Program-made: the position numbers and the translations under genes
Shown: in pieces, positions 41,540 to 56,397 of the stretch
Numbering within the stretch: the stretch's first letter is position 1
How the letters are laid out: each line of letters begins with the position of its first letter
Source: the human T2T-CHM13v2.0 reference genome, Homo sapiens
Assembly (NCBI RefSeq): GCF_009914755.1
Contig: NC_060939.1
DNA length: 64,000 nt
Reading direction: 5' to 3' (one strand)
Notes under the pieces: model-generated
Seen by the model: only the letters and a program-made list of their open reading frames with translations
Databases searched by the model: none
Told to the model about the DNA's origin: nothing

Positions 41540-41755
41540 CCTGATTCTGGGTTCCTAGGTCCTAGTCTCAATTATTAAAGTAACTGTAAATTTTTGAGCA
41601 AGTCACCTAGCCTCTCTTTGCCTCAGTCTCCTCATCTATCAAAGAATCACTCCGACTTACCCCAACCAGTCTCACAGGACTGTCAGGAAAATCTACAAAA
41701 CACTGAATGTGAATGGAGCCATGTGCATGAACTTAAGTATTAAATGCTTATCAGT
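41540..41755 (+). mobile_element. MIR
   Basis: tgagcaagtcacctagcctctctttgcctcagtctcctcatct. Confidence 0.8.
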
Positions 41756-42480
41756 AAACAGTGTAAAGTAACTTGTTAAACAGGATAGGCTTTTACCAAG
41801 TGATATTCATACAATTTTTGCATCAAATTAAACAGAACTGCTTCCAGCCAAGATGGAATAACAAGAACTGAATTTACTCTATACCCTGGACAGCTAAAAA
41901 CCTGGACAAAGTATATGAAGCAACTCTCAAGACATTGGATATCAGAAAGCAAAACACTGTAAATTCCAAAGAGACAGAAAACAAGTGTGGTCAGGCCTTC
42001 TATTACCCCAACTTACTACTTGGAGAACATTTCCAATCCATGGCACAGGGAGGGAGGGACTTACTCAGAGCTCACATTTCTCCCTAAATTGAAGAGCCAA
42101 ATCTGGAAAATCTGGGGTAGTCAGAGAAAGTAGAGTTCATAAGACACAGTACCAGAGAAGAGAGAGTTGCACAGAAAAAGGATACCAGAAATATGCAGGG
42201 AATTTCCTTCAATACTTCACCTGAGTACTGATCAACACATACATGTAAGAAAACTACTGAGCAAAAATCAACCTAGAAAATAGGTAGCAGCAACTATGCT
42301 TGAAGTTCACAATGGAATGGAAATAGTGTCTGTCCCCAAAAGCCAGAGTGAAGACATTTCATAAACCACAAGGTATCATTCAGAGTACAAAAAAAGTCTC
42401 ACTTCAATGAGGGAAAAATTAAACCTGGGCTAAATGCAGGTCTGGTCTCACCTAACAAAACCTTTTTAAAGTCTCAAGAA

Positions 42481-42571
42481 TACACGCATCAAAACATCAC
42501 ATTATACTCCATAAATATATACAATTATTATTTCTCAATTAAAAATAAAACTTCTAAAAATAAAGTTTAAA
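42481..42571 (+). mobile_element. Very short L1MA 3'-end insertion
   Basis: catcaaaacatcacatt...ccataaatatatacaatt; perfect TSD AAAGTCTCAAGAA at 42468-42480 and 42572-42584. Confidence 0.85.
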
Positions 42572-43500
42572 AAAGTCTCAAGAAGATCAAACTATTTTCA
42601 AATAACTGAACCACATCTCAGGACAAAATGCAAGAATATTTATAGGAATACCAAAATATCCAGGACATAACAAGGTAAAATTCAAAATGTCTAGCATCCA
42701 ATCAAAAATTACCAGTCATGCAAAGAAGTAGGAAAATACATCCCATAGTGAAGAGAAGACTCAATAAAAAACAAAAATGATACAGGTAATAGAATTATTA
42801 GACAAGCAAAATAAAACATTTGTTATAACTGCATTTTATACATTTAAGAAGCTGGAAAAAAGACTGAGCATGTTAAACGGAGATGTTAAAGATATAAAAG
42901 AGACCCAAAATGAACTTCTAGAGATAAAAACTATACTGTCTGAAATGAAAAATACACTGAATAGGATTAACAGCAGATTAATTTTTTCGTTCATAAAAAA
43001 GTAGTGAACTTAAAAGGACAGCAATAGAAACTACCTAAAATGAAAAACAGAGAATCAGAACAAGAATGAATGAGCAAGAGAGAGAAAGAAAACAAACTTA
43101 GAAAATTAACAAAACATCAATGAACTATGGGATACTTTTGATCAAATATTTGTCTAATTAGAATCAGCAAAGCAGAGAAGAGAGACAGAAAGAATATTTG
43201 AAAAAATTGTGACCAAAAGTTTCCAAATTTGGAAAAACCCACAGATCCAAAAACTTCAACAAACTCCAAGCAAAAATAACAAAGAAAACTACACCAGCTA
43301 CAACATAATCAAAATTTTCTATACAAAGCAGCTAGCAGGAAAAAAGTTAGTACCTAATGGGCAAAGAAATTTGACAGCAAATTTCTCATTGCAATAAATG
43401 TAACCTAGAAGATAGTGGAACAACACTTTTTAAATAATTGAAAAAGAAAACCTAGAATTCTTTCCCAGCGAAAAAATTGTCTCTCAAAAATGAAGCTGAA

Positions 43501-44406
43501 GTGGGGAGGAGCAAAGATGGCCGAATAGGAAGAGCTCCGGTCTACAGCTCCCAGCGTGAGCGATGCAGAAGATGGGTGATTTCTGCATTTCCATCTGAGG
43601 TACTGGGTTCATCTCACTAGGGAGTGCCAGACAGTGGGCGCAGGTCAGTGGCTGCACGCACCGTTCGCGAGCTGAAGCAGGGTGAGGCATTGCCTCACTT
43701 GGGAAGCGCAAGGGGTCAGGGAGTTCCCTTTCCGAGTCAAAGAAAGGGGTGACGGACACACCTGGAAAATCGGGTCACTCCCACCTGAATATTGCGCTTT
43801 TCAGACCGGCTTAAAAAACAGCGCACCACGAGATTATATCCCGCACCTGGCTCTGAGGGTCCTACGCCCACGGAGTCTTGCTGATTGCTAGCACAGCAGT
43901 CTGAGATCAAACTGCAAGGTGGCAGCGAGGCTGGGGGAGGGGCACCCGCCATTGCCCAGGCTTGCTTAGGTAAACAAAGCAGCCGGGAAGCTCGAACTGG
44001 GTGGAGCCCACCACAGCTCAAGGAGGCCTGCCTGCCTATGTAGGCTCCACCTCTGGGGGCAGGGCACAGACAAACAAAAAGACAGCAGTAACTTCTGCAG
44101 ACTTAAATGTCCGTGTCTGGCAGCTTTGAAAGAGCAGTGGTTCTCCCAGCACACAGCTGGAGATCCGAGAAGGGGCAGACTGCCTCCTCCAGTGGGTCCC
44201 TGACCCCTGACCCCCGAACAGCCTAACTGGGAGGCAACCCCCAGCAGGGGCACACTGACACCTCACACGGCAGGGTATTCCAACAGACCTGCAGCTGAGG
44301 GTCCTGTCTGTTAGAAGGAAAACTAACAAACAGAAAGGACATCCACACCAAAAACCCATCTGTTCATCACCATCATCGAAGACCAAAAGTAGATAAAACC
44401 ACAAAG
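43501..44406. promoter_or_regulatory. L1 5' UTR with sense and antisense promoters
   Basis: YY1 core AAGATGGCCG at 43514-43523; partly retained CpGs. Confidence 0.85.
43737..43952 (-). CDS. ORF0: LINE-1 ORF0, intact 71 aa
   Basis: MAGAPPPASLPPCSLISDCCASNQ...RFSRCVRHPFL*; ATG at 43952-43950. Confidence 0.85.
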   Translation of the reverse strand: MAGAPPPASLPPCSLISDCCASNQQDSVGVGPSEPGAGYNLVVRCFLSRSEKRNIQVGVTRFSRCVRHPFL

Positions 44407-45423
44407 ATGGGGAAAAAACAGAACAGAAAAACTGGAAACTCTAAAACGCAGAGCACCTCTCCTCCTCCAAAGGAACGCAGTTCCTCACCAGCAATGGAAC
44501 AAAGCTGGATGGAGAATGACTTTGACGAGCTGAGAGAAGAAGGCTTCAGACTATCAAATTACTCTGAGCTACGGGAGGACATTCAAACCAAAGACAAAGA
44601 AGTTGAAAACTTTGAAAAAAATTTAGAAGAATGTATAACTAGAATAAGCAATACAGAGAAGTGCTTAAAGCAGCTGATGGAGCTGAAAACCAAGGTTCGA
44701 GAACTACGTGAAGAATGCAGAAGCCTCAGGAGCCGATGCGATCAACTGGAAGAAAAGGTATCAGTGATGGAAGATGAAATGAATGAAATGAAATGAGAAG
44801 GGAAGTTTAGAGAAAAAAGAATAAAAAGAAATGAGCAAAGCCTCCAAGAAATATGGGACTATGTGAAAAGACCAAATCTACGTCTGATTGGTGTACCTGA
44901 AAGTGATGGGGAGAATGGAACCAAGTTAGAAAACACCCTGCAGGATATTATCCAGGAGAACTTCCCCAATCTAGCAAGGCAGGCCAACATTCAGATTCAG
45001 GAAATACAGAGAATGCCACAAAGATACTCCTCAAGAAGAGCAACTCCAAGACACATAATTGTCAGATTCACCAAAGTTGAAATGAAGGAAAAAATGTTAA
45101 GGGCAGCCAGAGAGAAAGGTCGGGTTACCCTCAAAGGGAAGCCCATCAGACTAACAGCGGATCTCTCGGCAGAAACCCTACAAGCCAGAAGAGAGTGGGG
45201 GCCAATATTCAACATTCTTAAAGAAAAGAATTTTCAACCCAGAATTTCATATCCAGCCAAACTAAGCTTCATAAGTGAAGGAGAAATAAAATACTTTACA
45301 GACAAGCAAATGCTGAGAGATTTTGTCACCACCAGGCCTGCCCTAAAAGAGCTCCTGAAGGAAGCGCTAAACATGGAAAGGAACAACCAGTACCAGCCGC
45401 TGCAAAATCATGCCAAAATGTAA
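44407..45423 (+). pseudogene. ORF1: L1 ORF1p with nonsense mutation
   Basis: MGKKQNRKTGNSK...NHAKM*; TGA at 44794-44796 (codon 130, consensus CGA). Confidence 0.95.
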
Positions 45424-45471
45424 AAACCATCGAGACTAGGAAGAAACTGCATCAACTAACAAGCAAAATAA

Positions 45472-49285
<3,814 letters not shown>

Positions 49286-50406
49286 ACAATGAGATCACAT
49301 GGACACAGGAAGGGGAATATCACACTCTGGGGACTGTTGTGGGGTGGGGGGAGGGGGGAGGGATAGCATTGGGAGATATACCTAATGCTAGATGACGAGT
49401 TAGTGGGTGCAGCGCACCAGCATGGCACATGTATACATATGTAACTAACCTGCACAATGTGCACATGTACCCTAAAACTTAAAGTACAATAAAAAAAAAA
49501 TTTTTTTTTAAAAAAAGAAGCTGAAATAAAAATATTTTCAGACAAACAACAGCTAAAAGAATTTGTATTGTATAGCTGCAATACAATAAACCTTAAGGAG
49601 TCCTTTAAGCAGGACATCAGATGAAAATCTGGATCTACACAAAGGAATAAAAAGCAGCAGAAATCTTAAGAATGAGGTAAATACAAAAAACTTTTTATAT
49701 TACTATATCTCTTTAAAAGATAATTAACTGTGTAAAGCAAAATAATAAAAATGTATTGTAGGGTTTATAAAATACATAGAAGTAAAATACATGATAACGT
49801 TGTATAAAAACTAGGCAGGAAACTGGATGTATATTTTGTAAGTTCTTATTCTATATATGAAATGGTAAAATGGTATGATATCACTTGATGGTAAACTGAA
49901 AAATTAAGTATATATTATAAATTATAAAGCAACTACTAAAATAACACAACATAAACTTTAATAAATGAAAAGGGAAGATAAATTGGAACTACAAAAAATC
50001 TGTTAATTCAAAAGAAGGAAGAAAAGTGAAAAGGGAACAAAGAATATGTGACATAAATAGAAATAAAATAGTGTGAGGATCAATTTAAACCCAACTATAT
50101 CAATAATCACTTTAAATACAAATGGTTTAAATACCCTAAGTTTAAAACAGATATTGTCAAATTAGATTTTTTCCTTTTCCAAGTTATTGGTAAAGAAGTC
50201 AAATTAGACTTTAAAAAGAGAGAGCGAGAGACCCACTTTATGTTGTCTGCAAGAAATACACTTTAAATAGAAAGATACAAAAAAAAGTATATGAAAAGAT
50301 GCATGATGCTAACACTACTTAAAATAAAACTGTAGCAGTTATACTGAATATCAAAGTCTATTTTAGTACAAAGAATATTAACAAGGATAAAGAGGACTAT
50401 TACATA

Positions 50407-50578
50407 ATGATAAATGGTCAAGTCATTTATGATAAATGTTATGATAATTGGTCAATTCATTAAGACCAGTGATAATTGACCAATTATCATTAAGACCAAT
50501 TCATTAAGACCGGTGATAATTGACCAATTAACCAATTGGTCAATAACCAATTGACCATTAATGGTCGATTCATTAAGA
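50407..50578. repeat. Scrambled direct/inverted micro-repeat of atgataattggtcaattcattaaga
   Basis: 50441-50457 is the exact reverse complement of 50474-50490; several further partial copies. Confidence 0.9.
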
Positions 50579-50968
50579 GAACATGAATATTCTAAATGTT
50601 TATACAACTAATAATAGAGCTGCAAAATAAATGAACTAAAAGGAGAAATGGACAAACCCCTAATTATAGCCAGAGATTCAATACCTTACCCTCAATAATT
50701 TAACAAGCAGATAGAAAATCAGCAAGGATGTAGTAGACTTAAACACAATCAACTAAACTTGACCTGATTGGCATTTATGGAACACTCTCTACCCAACAAC
50801 AGCAGAATACACCATCTTCTCAAGTGCACAGGAACATTTACCAAGATAAACCACAAGTTGGACCATAAAACAAAGCCCGATAAAGTTAAAAACATTTAAG
50901 TCATAGAATATATGTTATCTGAAATCACAGTGAACTTAAATTAAAAATCAAAAACGGAAAAATATCTG

Positions 50969-51266
50969 GGCCAGGCACAGTGGCTCACATCTGTAATAAC
51001 AGCGCCTTGGGAGGCTGAGGGGGTGAACGGCTTGAGGCCAGGAGTTCCTGACCTGCCTGGGCAACTTAACAAGACCTGTTTCTACAAAAATAAAAATAAA
51101 AAATATAGCCAGGCATGGTAGCATTCACCTGTAGTCCCAGATACTCAGAAGGCTCCAGTGGGAAGACTGCTTGAACCCAGCAGTTGAAGGCTACAGTGAG
51201 CCATTATCATGCCACTCTACTGCAGCCTAGGTGACAAAGTAAGACCCTGTCTCAAAAAACAGAAAA
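50969..51266 (+). mobile_element. AluJ
   Basis: TSD gaaaaatatct(ggg) at 50957 and 51267. Confidence 0.92.
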
Positions 51267-51589
51267 GAAAAATATCTGGGAAATCCATATATATTTGGAA
51301 ATTAAATAACACACTTCTAAATAACCCATCATAGGTCAAATAAATATTAAAAGTGAAATCAGAAAATATTTTTAACTAAATACAAATAAAAATACAACAT
51401 ATTAAAATCTGTGGGAGGCAGATAAAGCAATAGCTACTGGGAATTCTATAGCACTAAATACCAATGTTAGAAAAGAAGGAAGATCTAAATCAATTACTTC
51501 AGCTTTCACCTTAAAAAACTGGAAAGGAAAGAGCGAATTAAACTCTAATTAGGCAGAAAAATGAAATACTAAAGATCAGACCAGACAAT

Positions 51590-52555
51590 ATCATTAATCA
51601 TCAGAGAAATGGAAATCAAAATCACTGTGAGATGCCATCTCACACCCATTAGGATGGCTATTACCAAAAAGACAAAACATAACAAACGTTAGCAAATGTA
51701 TGAAGAAAAGGGAACTCTTATACACTGTTGGTGGAAATGTAGATTGGTACAGCTATGACGGAAAACAGTATGGAGGTTTCCTAAGGAAACTGAAAAGAGA
51801 ACTACCATATGATGCAGCAATCCAACTTCTGGGTATATCCAAAGAAAATGAAATCACCTTGTAAAGATATTTGCACTCTCATGTTTACAGCAGCATTATT
51901 CACAATAGCTAAGATATGGAAACAACCTGTTTCTCAATAGATATATACACAATTTCTTTATTCATATATATATGCGAATATATATACACACACATACATA
52001 CACACACACACATATATATATATCCTATATATATCCATATATCTATATATATATCCCTATAAAAGAACAAAATATTGCCCCACAGATGAGCTTGGAGGAT
52101 GCTATGCTAAGTAAAATAAGCCAGACACAAAAAGAAAAATGTTGCATGATGTCACTTAGATATGGAGCCTAAAATTCTTTTTTCAAATATAAGGAGATAG
52201 AGAACAAAGCAGTGATTGCCAGAGGTGAGAGGGAAAGAGGGGCAATGGGGCTAAATGAAGAAATGCAGGTCAGAGGATATAAAGTAGCAGATATATAGGA
52301 TAAACAAGATAGAAATCTAATGTACAACATAAGAACTATAGGTAATAAAAGTGTACTGTATTTGGGATTCATGCTAAATGATCAGATTTTTAGCTGCTCT
52401 TGCCACAAAAATTAAAAATGTAACTATGTGAAATGATGGATATTTTTATTTGCTTCACCATAGTAACCTTTTTGTACTATCTATATGTGTCTCATAACAT
52501 CATGTTGTATATCCTAAATTTATTTATAAGTTTATAAATAAAATTTTTTAAAGAA
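51590..52555 (+). mobile_element. L1MA 3' fragment nested in host ORF2
   Basis: Jump from mid-ORF2 to ORF2 C-terminus plus L1MA-type 3' UTR; host resumes near 52560. Confidence 0.75.
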
Positions 52556-53027
52556 AGGCACAGCAGAAATCACTGAAATACAAAGCAGAAACACAGTAGA
52601 GAAAAGTCAATGAAATCAAGGTTGATGCTTTGAGAAAATCAATAAAACAACAGGCGTCTAGCCAAAGTGATCAAAGAGAGAAAATAGAAATTACTAAGAG
52701 CAGAAATATAAGAGGTAACTACTACCAATTCTACAATAATTAAAAGGATAATAGGGGAGTTTTAAAATTTATGCCAATAAATTTGACCATGAAAATTAAA
52801 TGGACAAATTCCTTGAAAGTCACAAACTACCACAGCTCACTCAAGAAGAAATATGTAACATGAATAGTCCTATAATAAAGAAATTGAAGTTTAAAACATT
52901 TCACAAAGAAAATCCAGCCTCTTATCTTTTCATTAGTGAATTTTACCAAAAGTTTAATAAATAAAAGATAACGATTCTATACAGACTCTTCCAGTAAACT
53001 GAATAGGAAGAAAAACTTCCCAGTTGA

Positions 53028-53147
53028 TTTTTTTTCCTTCTGAATTTCAACTTTTATTTTTGATAGAGTGGGTACATGTGTAAGTTTGTTACATGGGTAT
53101 ATTGCACCAGATAGTAAGCATAGTAACCAATAGGTAGTTTTTCAGCC
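53028..53147 (-). mobile_element. Short old L1PA 3' end
   Basis: tttcaacttttatt...ggtacatgtgtaagtttgttacatgggtatattgc. Confidence 0.75.
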
Positions 53148-53960
53148 TACATGTCCTTAATGATTAGCGATATTACCCTAATACCAGGGTAATGCCATAC
53201 ACATTCTATACTAAAAAAAAAAGAAAGAAAGAAAACTACAGACCAATATTCCTGTAAGGTTAAAGAGTACAAGGTAAATATATAAAAATCCATTACATTT
53301 CTATATATCACCAACAAATTAGAAGTTGAAATATTAAAAACCAATGCCATTTAAAATAGCATCAAAAATATGAAATACTTAAGACAAATGCGACAAATCA
53401 TGCATAAGACCTGTACACTAAAATTATAAAACTAGCTGAGAAAAATTAAAGACCAAAACAAATAGAAAAAAATACTGCGGTCAAGGATCAAAAAAACTAT
53501 TATTATTAAGATGTCCTCCAATTTGGTTCTTTCTCAAAGTTGTTTTGCCTATGCTCAGTCTGTACATTCTAATAAAAATTTTAGAATCAGCTGTCAATTT
53601 CTAATGTAGAAAAATAATAAAGCTGAAGGGCTTCCATTACTTGCCTTCAAGACTTATTATAGAATTACCTATAATTCTACAATTACCAAGTCAGTATTGT
53701 ATTGGTGGTGTGATTAACAATAAGGCCAGTGAAACGGAATGGAGAGTCTAAAAAATAGACCCACACATACATGGATGACTAATTTTTCACAAGCGCACAA
53801 AGGCAATGCAATGGGAAAAGGGGTCATTTCAAAAAATGGTGCTATAACAACTGGATAGCTATTTGCAAAAAAAATTAATAATAATAAACTTTGATCCACA
53901 CCTTGAGTTAGGCAATGATTCTCAGATATGATACAACAGAAACATTTATTTAAAAATCAT

Positions 53961-54251
53961 AGGCTCGGTGCAATATCTCATGCCTGTCATCCTAGCTCTT
54001 TGGGAGGCCAAGGCAAGCAGATGGACTGAGCCCAGGTGTTCTAGACCAGCCTGAGCAACATGGCAAAACCCTGTCTCTACAAAAAAGAGAAAAATGAGCC
54101 AGGCATGGTGCCACATGCCTGCAGTCCCAGCTACTTGGGAAGCTGAGGTGGGAGGATCGCTTGAGCCAGGAGCCGGAGGTTTCAGTGAGCTGAAATTGCG
54201 CCACTGCGCTCCAGCCTGAGCAAGAGGAGTGAAACCCTGTCTCAAAAAAAA
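53961..54251 (+). mobile_element. AluJ
   Basis: gctgaggtgggaggatcgcttgagcc; A tail. Confidence 0.92.
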
Positions 54252-55995
54252 GACAAGAAGTCAAACGGAAATACCTAAAAATTAAGAGTTTCTGTTCTTC
54301 AGAAGATATTTTCAAGAGAATGAAAAGACACATCAAAGACTTGAAGAAAATATTTTCAAAACAATACTTGCAAATTTTTTGTATCTAATCAAGAACTCGT
54401 ATCTACAATGTATTTCAAAACCCAAAACTCAATAGTAAGAAAAAAATCTATTTAAATGGGCAAAAGATCTGAACAAACACTTCATAAAAATATATATATG
54501 GATGACAAGCACATAAAAATACGTTCAACATCATTAGTCATTAAGGAAATGCAAATTTAAAACTACAAGATACCATTACACATTTATTAGAATGTCTAAA
54601 ATTAAGAATACTGATTGTGTCAAGTGTTGGCTAAGTTATGGAGCAGCTGGAATTCTCATACGCTACTAATGGGAAAACAAATGATACAACCACTTAGAAA
54701 CACAGTTTCCTTAGAAGTTAAACATACACCTACCATAAAAGTTGTTCATTCCACTTTTAGGTTTTTTCCCAAGAGAAATAAAAGCATATGTCCATATAAA
54801 GACTTGTGTGAGATTGTTCATAGCAGCTATATTCACAAAAGCCATAAACTGTAAACAACTCAAATGTCAATCAACAAATGAATGGATAATAATTTTGTGG
54901 CATATCCATAAAATGGAATACTCTCAGCAATAAAAAGTGATAAACTATTATTATACAAAACGACATGGATAAATCTCAAAATAATTATGCTGAGTACAAG
55001 AAACCAGGCCAAAAAAAAAAAGAATACACACTCTGTAGTGTCATTTTTATAAAATTCTGGAAAATGCAAACTAGTGTATGGTAACAGAAAGCAGATCAAT
55101 GTTTGTTGGGGGTATGGGGAAGTGGAGAGGAAAAACAAGAGGAAGGAATTAAAGGGATACAAGGAGATAGTTGGGGGTAATGGATGTATATGATATCTTC
55201 ACTATGGTAATGCTTTCATGGGTGGATATATATATATATAGTCAAAACTTGTCAAGTGGTATTCTTTAAACATGTGCAATACCTCAAAAAAGATGGTTCC
55301 AAAAACAACATTCAGGACATAGGTTAGGGTTCAAAATAGAGTCCAATTATTTGTCTAGAAATCAGTAGAGTGGAGATATGCCAAAAGTAACAGCTGTAAT
55401 CATTAGAAACCTTCATGCCACTAGACCTAGAGAGCACCTGGCTATAGGAATGCTTTCTTCAATATACTCTCAGACAGGCATTTTTAAAAAACTTTACGTG
55501 CTCTAAGTGTTGTCCTTTATCCATGTAATTTTGGTCTGTCTTTGAAAAATCTATCTCCATGCTTTCTCCCATTCTGATTAGAGGGTATGCTATTTTTCCC
55601 TTGAAATGTCTCAGGCTCCTGGGGCCTGCTGTCTAAGAAGAGGCCTTGTATTCACTCAGTTTTCCACACAGCCTATTTCAAATATCCCAGTTCATAACTA
55701 CCTTCATTGTTACACATCAAACTCTTATTCAAACCATGTGGCTCCTGTTCTATAATGAGATGTTATAGGTCCAGGATCTAGAGATGCTGCTGCCAACTAG
55801 CCCTTGGAGTCAGAATGCTCCTCCTGAAATTTTTGTGTTATTTGGGCCTAGTTACCCTGTATTATCCATTCCCCATTGCCCAACACAATCTGAAAGAATA
55901 CAAAATATAATTTCACAAATATAGTTCTGGTCACTATGCTAGGAGTTAAGTGGATACAGTGAAAAAAAGTTATTACCATCAGAAAGTGAAGGTGG

Positions 55996-56397
55996 CCACT
56001 TCCACTTCCCAAAAGATGCAGTAGATGCACATTTTCCTATTCCTTGCACTAAGTACAACAAAATACCAAGGATATTATATAAAAAAGAAGTATAAGTAGA
56101 CCGAAAATTAGGGAAGATAGATAAGATAAGGACCTTGGAAGGCAAGGAATGATAGAGTGGTGGATTCCCTGGGTTTTTTTGGATCATATATATCCCAGAA
56201 TTGGAGCTAAAGAATCTAGCCACCCAGAAATGTCAATGAGTACAGACCAAAAAAAAAAGAAAAAGAAAAAGAAAAAAAACTCCAAAAATAGCCTGCTCTC
56301 TGTAGCCAAAGGAACAGGAGTCAGTTTAGTGACACAGAAAACTTTTAGACAATAATTGCTCTATTCCAACCATAGGGGGAAAAAAAGCTACGCTCCT
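55996..56397 (+). mobile_element. Old L1M 5' end (continues at 60571-61145)
   Basis: acttccacttccc..aagatg start; split by the L1PB1 TSD. Confidence 0.6.
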
